A stretch of 64,000 nt of DNA from Thalassospira sp. UBA1131 (GTDB lineage Bacteria; Pseudomonadota; Alphaproteobacteria; Rhodospirillales; Thalassospiraceae), in NCBI RefSeq assembly GCF_002311515.1, contig NZ_DCAO01000132.1, positions 21,032 to 85,031 on the forward strand. The letters are read 5' to 3'. The notes beneath the pieces are model-generated. The model did not search any database, had not been told where the DNA came from, and saw nothing but the letters and a program-made list of their open reading frames with translations. The first letter of the stretch is position 1. Each line of letters opens with the position of its first letter. The position numbers and the translations under genes were made by a program. Positions 28,130-36,266 of the stretch are shown here, in pieces.

Positions 28130-28231
28130 AGATCATTTTTACACATTTTTCAGTGCCCGCGCGATGTGCAAAAATCTTTCAAAATCAAAAAATGATCACA
28201 ATGAACGCATCTGTGAGGCTTAGTGGGAATT

Positions 28232-28729
28232 ATGTACAGGTCTTTGGACAATGTTGACCGGCAACTGGTTGCGCTTTTGGAAACAAACGCCCGGATGCCT
28301 GCAACCGAACTTGCAAAACGTGCTGGGCTCGCCCGTTCAACAATTCACGAACGGATTTCGCGGCTTGAGCGCAAAGGCATTATTCTTGGCTATTCGGCGA
28401 TTGTGCGCAAAACCGATGACACGGAAAATACTCGGGCGCTTATATATCTCAATACAACGCAGAAACGCTCCTCGCATCTTTTGAATGTATTGGAAAGCTT
28501 TCCGGAAGTCCGGAGTTGCTTCTCGACAAGCGGGACTTGCGATCTGGTGTGCTGGGCCGAATTCAGTCACTTAGAAGATCTCGATGCGCTGCTTGACGAA
28601 ATTGCGCTTTTACCTTCTGTTGAGCGGGTGGAATCCAGCGTGATGCTGGCAAGCAAGTTTGAAAAGGACAGCATCGGTGCAACAGTGCGTAATGCCAGTA
28701 CGCTAGCGGTTGTCGGAGGGCAGAATTGA
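28232..28729 (+). CDS. Lrp/AsnC-family regulator
   Basis: 'LDNVDRQLVALLETNARMPATELAKRAGLARSTIHERISRLE...ILGY'. Confidence 0.9.
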   Translation: MYRSLDNVDRQLVALLETNARMPATELAKRAGLARSTIHERISRLERKGIILGYSAIVRKTDDTENTRALIYLNTTQKRSSHLLNVLESFPEVRSCFSTSGTCDLVCWAEFSHLEDLDALLDEIALLPSVERVESSVMLASKFEKDSIGATVRNASTLAVVGGQN

Positions 28730-29478
28730 CAGATGGATATTTGCTCCAAGGGCGAGCGGTATACGGCGAAAGCATTGGCGTTCTGGTGTTGAACACGACG
28801 TTTCCACGTGTTCATGGTGACATAGCAAACGCCAGAACATTTGACTTTCCGGTACGCTATAAGATCGTGACCCAAGCAACCCAGGGCACTGTTGTAACCG
28901 GTGCGGATAAAGCGCGTGTGTTGCTGCCTCATTTCATCGAGGCTGCTCAAGAACTTGAACGCGAAGGCGTTTCCGCGATCGCAACCAGTTGCGGATTTCT
29001 TTCAGTGGTTCAGGAAGAGCTCTCCGCCGCGGTATCAATCCCAGTGGCGACCTCAAGCTTGCTTCTGCTTCCGATGATTTTAAACATGATCGGTACGCGC
29101 AAGGTCGGAGTGGTTACAGCTAATGCCAGCGTTTTGTCAAAGCGCCACCTGATGATTGGTGAGAGTGTTTCACATGACCGAATTGCGTTGTGTGGTCTGG
29201 AGGACTGCCCGAACTTCCGCTCTGCAATTTTGGGGCTCCCAGCAAGCGGAACCTCTGGGTTCGATATCAACCTGATCGAACAGGAGGTTGTTACACAGTG
29301 CAAAAAGCTCAAACAGGATAACCCCGAACTGGGCGCTGTCCTGTTTGAATGCACCAATCTACCCCCTTATGCCCGCGCAGTTCAAAAGTCGATAGGCTTG
29401 CCCGTGTTCGGCATAACCCACCTTATCGAAATGCTACACCAATCTGGACGTATGCGTGCATTCGACGGTGATTGCTAG
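28726..29478 (+). CDS. Asp/Glu/hydantoin racemase-family protein
   Basis: Two-Cys motifs 'TSCGF' and 'ECTNL'; TTG start overlaps the Lrp stop (TTGA). Confidence 0.82.
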   Translation: MTDGYLLQGRAVYGESIGVLVLNTTFPRVHGDIANARTFDFPVRYKIVTQATQGTVVTGADKARVLLPHFIEAAQELEREGVSAIATSCGFLSVVQEELSAAVSIPVATSSLLLLPMILNMIGTRKVGVVTANASVLSKRHLMIGESVSHDRIALCGLEDCPNFRSAILGLPASGTSGFDINLIEQEVVTQCKKLKQDNPELGAVLFECTNLPPYARAVQKSIGLPVFGITHLIEMLHQSGRMRAFDGDC

Positions 29479-29504
29479 GCGAAACTTTGATGCGATGAGA
29501 AAAT

Positions 29505-29559
29505 TGTCAGCTTTTCTGTCAATTCTGCAGGTTTTTGTCATCTTCTGTGGCATCTAACA
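29505..29559 (-). mobile_element. Tn7-like end, copy 3 (internally deleted, 55 bp)
   Basis: Matches copies 1/2 with a 78-bp loss joining site 3 to site 1; minus-strand terminus TGTTAGAT. Confidence 0.72.
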
Positions 29560-29684
29560 AGTGATTACAGAACGTAACCACTGCTCCATCGCTCTCAATC
29601 TTCGCGCAAAAATCAGTCTGATATCGCAGCCTTCGAAAAACATGCCGGTCACAGAATTTGTGCCGTAGGACCGGATCATGTCGT

Positions 29685-29960
29685 TTAGTGCAAGGACGCG
29701 ATCAAGCCTGTCACAATGTTCTGACGATTTTTAGGTGAGTGCGTCAGGTCTGCGAAACTGATCATTACTTTTTCAAGTTTTGCCCAAGCGGTTTCTTTTG
29801 ACATCGCGCTGAGCTCGCGTGCGACTTGCCATGGATCCAGTCCAAGTCTGGCCAACATTGAAAGTGTCGTCACAGGCGTTCCGTTCAAACCTGCACCGAT
29901 CCTTGTTTGCAGAAACCTGTCGTATCGCGTGTCGAGGCCGTTTGGATAGTTTTCCATCAT
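29685..29960 (-). CDS. conserved-type hypothetical protein (possibly 3'-damaged)
   Basis: 'YDRFL...PVTTLSMLARLGLDPW' resembles, from recall, an alphaproteobacterial hypothetical family found near Crp genes. Confidence 0.55.
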   Translation of the reverse strand: MMENYPNGLDTRYDRFLQTRIGAGLNGTPVTTLSMLARLGLDPWQVARELSAMSKETAWAKLEKVMISFADLTHSPKNRQNIVTGLIASLH

Positions 29961-30074
29961 GATAGACCAATCCATGCAAATGTCGGTGTTCGATCTTTGG
30001 CAAGAAGCCTGATTTAACCGCCCTGGCGAAATGCCATGTGGTTGACATTATAGATCAACCCATGCGGGGCGGAG

Positions 30075-30217
30075 CTAATGTGGATTAGTTGAGCGTTCAT
30101 GACGCTATTTAGCGCACGGATAGAATGGCTGCTCGCCTTTGCCAAAATCGATCTCGCATCTGAACGGATTTCTTTCAATTGCAGACGGACCATTTTGCCA
30201 AAACTAACCGAGGTTAG
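30075..30217. promoter_or_regulatory. two CTAAY-N4-RTTAG palindromes (candidate Crp-family sites)
   Basis: CTAAT-GTGG-ATTAG at 30075-88 and CTAAC-CGAG-GTTAG at 30204-17, in a divergent intergenic region. Confidence 0.45.
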
Positions 30218-30526
30218 CTTCGCAGGCACACAATCGGTGTAAAAGAGTAGTCTTCATTAAATGTTCTGCGATGTTGGATCGCATCTCGTAACCGGTCAGC
30301 TTGGATTAACATCAAGGCCGGTCTCTGCCTGCGGGTTGCTGGCAGGCGCCGATTTGATCGCTGTATCAATCCGCAATTTTCCAATCATTTGAAAATTCGA
30401 GACGCATGTTCGTTCGCGTCGTTATGCGTGCTTCGAAAAGCAAAGAGCGGTGTTTTATCAAGCCCTCTTTGCGCGAAACAATCCAGACATTTTAGCCCTT
30501 TATCTGCCCTTTTGGAGGACAAGATT

Positions 30527-30880
30527 ATGAACTATCCCGATTGGTTGAAGCCTTATGTTCTTGGTGCGGTTTCCGGTGCGGCTTTGGCAACGGTTGTCGG
30601 CTTTACCTGGGGCGGCTGGGTGACGGGCGGTGACGCGCGTCAGATGTCAGAGACAATGTCCGATGACAAAGTGATCGCCGCGTTGGTGCCTGTTTGTGTT
30701 GCCAAGGCGAGTGCGGATTTAAATCGTGCGGCAAAACTCGAAACGATCCGGGGGGTGTCAAGTTATCAGCAAAGAGAAGCCCTGATGGAAGCAGGCTGGG
30801 CAACGATGCCAGGCACTGAAATTCCAAACCGCGATCTTGCACAGGCTTGCGTCAAAGCGCTTGAGCCGGAGTTGTCATAA
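30527..30880 (+). CDS. membrane-anchored hypothetical protein with two Cys
   Basis: GGAGG RBS; TM 'GAALATVVGFTWGGWVTGG'; 'PVCV' and 'AQAC'. Confidence 0.75.
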   Translation: MNYPDWLKPYVLGAVSGAALATVVGFTWGGWVTGGDARQMSETMSDDKVIAALVPVCVAKASADLNRAAKLETIRGVSSYQQREALMEAGWATMPGTEIPNRDLAQACVKALEPELS

Positions 30881-30906
30881 TTGCAAAACCCAAGGAGACA
30901 AAGATA

Positions 30907-31401
30907 GTGTCAGACGAGAGGACGACTTCTCCTTTGCCGCCTGAGGCAACATCCTTGGAGCGGCGGGTTCTTGCCCATGAGAGGATTTTGCAATCGCTTA
31001 TCGCCTACATGTCGCGAAGTGATCCGCGATTTGTTGAGCATCTGCAAGACAGGTTTGTTGTGCCGATGTCGCGGGCGCCTCATGAGCATCGCTACAAAGA
31101 AACAGACGAATATGCCGAAGATTTCATTCGCGCTGTGATGTTGCTTGAGGCGAAAGGTCTGACCGATCGTGACAAATCCACGCTGAACAAGAGCACGTCG
31201 GTCAGGCAGCAGGGCGGTGTCGACTTTGTCCATGCACCCTATGCACAGCGTATCGAGCGCGGCGGCCGGGTTGATCGTGTGCAATTGATCAAAAAGAACA
31301 ACATCTGGGAAATCAGTGTGGATGGCGTTTTTCGCGGGCACTATCACGACCGCGAGCATGCCCTTGCAGCCGAGGCCCTTGCGAAGCTCTCACTATCTTG
31401 A
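30907..31401 (+). CDS. hypothetical protein
   Basis: AAGGAG RBS and GTG start; operon position; 'LERRVLAHERILQSLI'. Confidence 0.7.
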   Translation: MSDERTTSPLPPEATSLERRVLAHERILQSLIAYMSRSDPRFVEHLQDRFVVPMSRAPHEHRYKETDEYAEDFIRAVMLLEAKGLTDRDKSTLNKSTSVRQQGGVDFVHAPYAQRIERGGRVDRVQLIKKNNIWEISVDGVFRGHYHDREHALAAEALAKLSLS

Positions 31402-31456
31402 GGGCGCTTTGCACGGCTGTTGCATTGTCCCACTCAACTCGGTCAGGACAGATTAA

Positions 31457-32260
31457 ATGCGTTTAAGCATCGGATATTATTTCCAGTATCAATTGCAGCA
31501 AATCACACCAATGATCGCGCTGCTAAATGTTCATCACTCCCGCGTTCATGATCTTGAGGGCGACGACCGCCTGCAGACAGTACCGGAACTGGCGCAAACA
31601 CGTTATGTCGACGGGTTTGGCAACATCTGTACGCGTTGGACTGCGCCGGTCGGTAAATTCGTCTTGCAATCAGACGGCGTTATCTTCGACGACGGGACTG
31701 AGGATGAGCCATGCCGGGATGCCAAACAGCATGCGGTCGAGGATTTGCCGTCTGATACGATCATTTACCTTCTTGGCAGTCGCTATTGCGATACGGACCT
31801 GCTGTCAAACGAAGCGTGGCGACTTTTTGAACGCACACCGCCGGGTTCGGAAAGAGTCCAGGCGATTTGTGATTTTGTCTACGATCACATTACGTTTGGA
31901 TATCTTGATGCACGCGCGACCCGGACAGCATCAGAGGCGCTTAAGGAGCGACGTGGCGTTTGCCGGGATTTCACGCATCTTGCCATCGCACTGTGTCGCT
32001 GTATGAATATTCCGGCGCGTTACTGCACCGGATATCTCAGTGATATCGGCGAACCGTTGCCCCATCCGAGCGGCGATTTTGCAGCATGGATGGAGGTTTA
32101 CCTCTCTGGCCGATGGTGGGTGTTCGATCCCAGAAACAATTCCCCGCGGGTCGGTCGTGTATTGATCGCCAGAGGACGGGATGCGGCCGATGTGCCATTG
32201 TTGCAAACCTTTGGCGAAAGCATTTTGCGAGACTTCCGCGTTTGGACGGAAGAATTGTGA
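31457..32260 (+). CDS. transglutaminase-like protein (triad His position is Ala)
   Basis: 'YLLGSRYCDTD', 'GVCRDFTH', 'DFAAWMEV', 'FDPRNN'. Confidence 0.92.
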   Translation: MRLSIGYYFQYQLQQITPMIALLNVHHSRVHDLEGDDRLQTVPELAQTRYVDGFGNICTRWTAPVGKFVLQSDGVIFDDGTEDEPCRDAKQHAVEDLPSDTIIYLLGSRYCDTDLLSNEAWRLFERTPPGSERVQAICDFVYDHITFGYLDARATRTASEALKERRGVCRDFTHLAIALCRCMNIPARYCTGYLSDIGEPLPHPSGDFAAWMEVYLSGRWWVFDPRNNSPRVGRVLIARGRDAADVPLLQTFGESILRDFRVWTEEL

Positions 32261-32314
32261 TGCTTTTTCATGATGGGTTCCAAAAAGCCGCTCAAGAGAT
32301 AGCGGGGCCAGCTT

Positions 32315-33175
32315 ATGCTGTCTCTTGATCTGGTCCATTCAACGATCTACCGCTATCACTGGCCGGTTTTACTTGGGCCGCATCGTTTGATGCTCCGCCC
32401 ACGAGAGGCGCGCGATACCCGGTTGGTGTCCTTTGAGGTCACAATTAACCCGGACGCAGAGTTGGTCTGGACTCATGATGTTGCGGGCAACGCGATCGCA
32501 ACAGCAAATTTCAAGGACAAGACCGACTATCTTAAAATTGAAAGCCGGTCCAAAATCGAGATGGCTGCTTCGCAATGGCCGGTTTTTACAATCTCGGCCA
32601 CGGCGTGTACCTTTCCGTTCTCATATTCAGACGATGAATGGATTGATCTCGGTGCTTTGACAGCACAGCATTACCCGGACCCGACCGGGCGGTTATCAGA
32701 CTGGGTGAATGGTTTTATTTTCAGTAGCCCGACAGACACGCTGTCATTGTTAAAGGACATTAGCTTCGGGATATCGCAACGCACGACCTACCGAAGGCGG
32801 GAGAGCGAAGGCACTCAAACGCCGCTGGAAACTCTGGACAATCAGGAAGGATCGTGTCGCGACTTTGCTGTTTTGTTCGTTGCGGCAGCCCGTTGCCTTG
32901 GTTTCGGGGCAAGAATTGTGTCCGGGTATCTGGTGAATACAGATAGCAGCTTAAGAGGATCAGATGGGTCAGGTTCAACGCATGCCTGGGCGGAGGTCTT
33001 TCTTCCTGGTGCCGGTTGGGTTGCCTTTGATCCGACAAACCGCAGTGTGGGATCGGGCAATCTTATTTCGGTGGCGGTGGTTCGTGAAATGACGCAGGCA
33101 GTTCCGGTTGCCGGTGAGTTCACGGGGGGCAGGGGCGCACTTATTGACATGAACGTTGCCGTCTCCATCACTTAA
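32315..33175 (+). CDS. transglutaminase-like protein (Bact_transglu_N plus core, intact Cys-His-Asp)
   Basis: 'HSTIYRY...HRLMLRPR', 'GSCRDFA', 'THAWAEV', 'FDPTN'. Confidence 0.92.
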   Translation: MLSLDLVHSTIYRYHWPVLLGPHRLMLRPREARDTRLVSFEVTINPDAELVWTHDVAGNAIATANFKDKTDYLKIESRSKIEMAASQWPVFTISATACTFPFSYSDDEWIDLGALTAQHYPDPTGRLSDWVNGFIFSSPTDTLSLLKDISFGISQRTTYRRRESEGTQTPLETLDNQEGSCRDFAVLFVAAARCLGFGARIVSGYLVNTDSSLRGSDGSGSTHAWAEVFLPGAGWVAFDPTNRSVGSGNLISVAVVREMTQAVPVAGEFTGGRGALIDMNVAVSIT

Positions 33176-33229
33176 ATCCCGCGCCAGTTCAGTAAACTTG
33201 TTTTTGCTAATCTACCCAGCGAACGTGAT

Positions 33230-33466
33230 CTATTTGAGTTTCAGCGCATTCCCACCCTTGATGATCCTGTCGATCAGGCTGTGGACAGCCTGATGATCTG
33301 TTTGGGATGGAGTGCCTGCGGTTGCGGGATTATGTGCGTCTCTCGCATCTTCAAGAATACCGGTGATATCCTCTGTGCTGAGAATTCCAAGATCGCTCAA
33401 GCATATTAGAGTAGATTCGCAAATCGACAGCGCTGCAGATCCCTGGATATCCATAGAATAATTCAT
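33230..33466 (-). CDS. small hypothetical protein
   Basis: AAAGGG RBS; 'AALSICESTLICLSDLGIL'; divergent from crp. Confidence 0.65.
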   Translation of the reverse strand: MNYSMDIQGSAALSICESTLICLSDLGILSTEDITGILEDARDAHNPATAGTPSQTDHQAVHSLIDRIIKGGNALKLK

Positions 33467-33616
33467 GGTTCGCCCTTTCTTCTGTGCGCTTCGGTACGCA
33501 ATGCCGTGTTTTAGGTTCAGCTTTTCCTATCGCCCCTCGGTCCGGCGCAGCATCGGCAGGTTGGCCTTAACAGGGGTTGCTGACATCCGTGCGACAATGA
33601 GGGGTGCCGATATTCA

Positions 33617-34369
33617 ATGGAGAGGACAGGTTTGATGGTTTCCTCGACGGCGGCTGTTTCAAAGCGACTGAAAAACTATATCGACCTGACAGAGCAGGAG
33701 CTCGATACCCTTTCAGGGATGATTGGTCCGTCGCGGATGATTTCTGCAGGTGGAGAAATCGTTCACGAGGGGCAAAGCGGGCACCGTGCCTTCATTTTGC
33801 AGGACGGTTGGGTGATGTCCTACAAGTTGCTTCCCGAAGGTGCGCGCCAGATTATTGACTTTCAGGTGCCCGGTGACTTCCTCGGGTTGCGAAGTTTGTT
33901 GCTTCGCACGTCGGACCATAGCTTTGAGGCGGTAACGGATGTTCTGGTTGGCGAAGTCAAAGCGCAAGACATGTTGTCAGCTTTCTCATCAGCACCGCGT
34001 TTGGCGATGTCGATATTGTGGTCAGTGTCCTGCGACGAGGCGATGGTTGTGGAGCATCTCGTCAATATCGGCAGACGCTCGGCGATTGAAAGAACTGCAC
34101 ACTTCCTTCTGGAACTAGGTGCGCGGCTCAGATCAATCGGTGTCGGTGATGCGCAAGGTTATCCGTGTCCTTTATCGCAATACCAACTGGCCGATACGCT
34201 TGGCCTTAGCGCGATCCACATCAATCGCGTTTTGCGCCAACTGCGCGAACAGAATTTGGTCACTTTCCAAAAGGGAATTGTCCAGTTCAACGATTTGAAA
34301 AAACTGACCGAACTTGCTGAGTTTGAAATGGGATACCTCGATCAGGTTGGCCCGGTACTTGTATCGTAA
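33617..34369 (+). CDS. Crp/Fnr-family regulator (no FNR Cys cluster)
   Basis: cNMP-binding fold 'GARQIIDFQVPGDFLG'; HTH 'LSQYQLADTLGLSAIHINRVL'. Confidence 0.92.
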   Translation: MERTGLMVSSTAAVSKRLKNYIDLTEQELDTLSGMIGPSRMISAGGEIVHEGQSGHRAFILQDGWVMSYKLLPEGARQIIDFQVPGDFLGLRSLLLRTSDHSFEAVTDVLVGEVKAQDMLSAFSSAPRLAMSILWSVSCDEAMVVEHLVNIGRRSAIERTAHFLLELGARLRSIGVGDAQGYPCPLSQYQLADTLGLSAIHINRVLRQLREQNLVTFQKGIVQFNDLKKLTELAEFEMGYLDQVGPVLVS

Positions 34370-34392
34370 GTCATCCTGACCAATCGTGATGC

Positions 34393-34614
34393 TTACGAGA
34401 AATCTTTGCCAATCATTCACTTTTCTACGTCAGCAACGGCTTCTTCCTCGGAAATGGCGCGGCGCACTTTGATCATGTTACACAGCTGCCCCTTGGTCTT
34501 GATAGTTGATAGGTCATAGTGGGTCAGGAAGTTCCAATTGTTTTTGGCGTCGGCAAGGTAGCCTTTTTTGCGTTTAAGCGTTTCGGGCGTCTCGCCACCT
34601 GTAAATCCAAACAT
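34393..34614 (-). pseudogene. CsbD-like small protein with probable TGG>TGA near the C-terminus
   Basis: 'WNFLTHYDLSTIK...QL...AVADVEK*MIGKDFS*'; AAGGA RBS; TGA at 34417-19. Confidence 0.5.
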
Positions 34615-34761
34615 GTGATTTTCCTTTGGTTGATTTTTGATTTTTTCTCATTTTGGAAAATTCATTATGGACGTGTTTTAAAAGCGCAAACTAACCTGTG
34701 ATGTGTATTTGAGTTTTATTTTGTTACCCGTATTCATGCGTCTCTTGCGTTTTGCATCAGG

Positions 34762-34794
34762 GAAGTCGGATGTCGCCTTTTATGACACGTGACA
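34762..34794 (-). mobile_element. Tn7-like end, copy 4 (terminal 33-bp remnant)
   Basis: gaagtcggatgtcgccttttatgacacgtgaca, 27/33 identical and ungapped to the terminus of copy 1. Confidence 0.6.
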
Positions 34795-34795
34795 G

Positions 34796-36103
34796 TTAGG
34801 CTGTGTTTCTGAATCTAGTCAGTCGGAACGGGGTTGGGTCAACGCAGGGTGTTTCGCCGCGGACAAGTTCCGACATCAACCGCCCGCCGCCCGGGCCGCT
34901 GCCAAAGCCGTGGCCTGAAAAGCCAGTTGAAACGAAAAGCCCTGGTATCTTGTCAATGCTGCTGATAACTGGGATTGCATCCGGAGTGACATCCATGGCC
35001 CCGGACCAGGTATGGGTGAGTTTGGCGCTGGCGAACCCCGGATGGGCGCGGGTCAGGTTGACCAATGCGTTGCGCACAAATGGCTGATGCGGTTCCGGAT
35101 CAAGTACACGGACTTCTTCAAACGGACTCATTTCATCAAGCTGCCAACTGCGTGGCATTTTCCATTCGTCTATGAACGTTCTGCCAATGCGAATGCGCAG
35201 TTCATGCCAACTGGTTTTCAGATTGGGGATATAATCGCGGAAGAGCCGTAAGCTGTCCAGGGTAATCTGAGAGACGTTGGCACTGCGTTCAGCCACCGTA
35301 TACCCGCCATCAAGGCGTTTCCGAAAAGCAAAGTCTCCACCACCAACCGGCATTTCCGAAACATCGCCGACACCTTCAATACGGCAAGCCGTGCCAAGAA
35401 TTTTGAGCTGGGGCAGATTGATCCCCAGATTGCCAAGGAATAGGCGTGACCAAACGCCACCGGCAACCACAACCGACGATGCCACTACTGTTCCTTTTTC
35501 AGTGACAACAGCACTGACGCGACCGGCTGTGGTTTCGATGCCACGTACCGCACAATTCTGTACGATGGTCGCCCCAAGTCGATCTGCTGCGCGCGCCATT
35601 TCCGGCACGGCTTGGCCCGGCTCAGCTCGCCCGTCATTGGCGGTATGCAGAGCCATTTTGAAATCTGGCGACAGTCCCGGAAGCAGGTCTTGCAGTTCGT
35701 GCCCATTGAGCACTTTCGACGGCATCCTGGCCGCTTTGGCGTACTCTCCCCATTTGGTGAATTCGTCGATTTCGCGCTTTGTCCGGCAAACATATGTAAT
35801 GCCGGTTTCTCTATAGCCAGTGTCAATCTGGAAACGCCGATCCAGATCACGCCAGAGATTAAGGCTTTCAATCGTCAAGGGCAGCTCAACCGGATCGCGC
35901 CCCATCTGACGCGTCCATCCCCAGTTGCGCGAACTTTGTTCGGCCGCGACACGACCTTTTTCCAGAACTGCGACCGAAACACCAGCCTCGGCCAGAAACA
36001 GGGCGGTGGTGATGCCAGCGATGCCGCCCCCGATAATGGCGACATCGACTTTTTCAGGAAATGGGCGAATGGTTTCAAATACCTGGAGATGGGGTACGGA
36101 CAC
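34796..36103 (-). CDS. FAD-dependent amino-acid oxidoreductase (DAO family)
   Basis: GGGIAG, 'EQSSRNWGW', 'DVTPDAIPVI', 'GFSGHGFG'. Confidence 0.9.
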   Translation of the reverse strand: MSVPHLQVFETIRPFPEKVDVAIIGGGIAGITTALFLAEAGVSVAVLEKGRVAAEQSSRNWGWTRQMGRDPVELPLTIESLNLWRDLDRRFQIDTGYRETGITYVCRTKREIDEFTKWGEYAKAARMPSKVLNGHELQDLLPGLSPDFKMALHTANDGRAEPGQAVPEMARAADRLGATIVQNCAVRGIETTAGRVSAVVTEKGTVVASSVVVAGGVWSRLFLGNLGINLPQLKILGTACRIEGVGDVSEMPVGGGDFAFRKRLDGGYTVAERSANVSQITLDSLRLFRDYIPNLKTSWHELRIRIGRTFIDEWKMPRSWQLDEMSPFEEVRVLDPEPHQPFVRNALVNLTRAHPGFASAKLTHTWSGAMDVTPDAIPVISSIDKIPGLFVSTGFSGHGFGSGPGGGRLMSELVRGETPCVDPTPFRLTRFRNTA

Positions 36104-36266
36104 TTTGAAAACTCCTTGCCAAAGTGCATTGGTAATCTGCCGGGATCATCAAGTCACAATCGTGATGCTAGTCACGATCGCCATTAAACACCAAGCTATT
36201 GATAAAAGAAGATTTTACGCCAAACGCACGCCTCGACAGTGAAGCGTGCGTTTGGCTACTGGTTGA

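Noticed and set aside
33617-34369. Calling the Crp protein FNR or FixK
   Set aside because: No N-terminal Cys cluster, no E..SR recognition helix, and no clean TTGAT-N4-ATCAA box seen nearby
14471-34794. CRISPR array or integron attC cassettes
   Set aside because: Spacing is 5-9 kb, there are no cas or intI genes, and no RYYYAAC/GTTRRRY hairpin architecture
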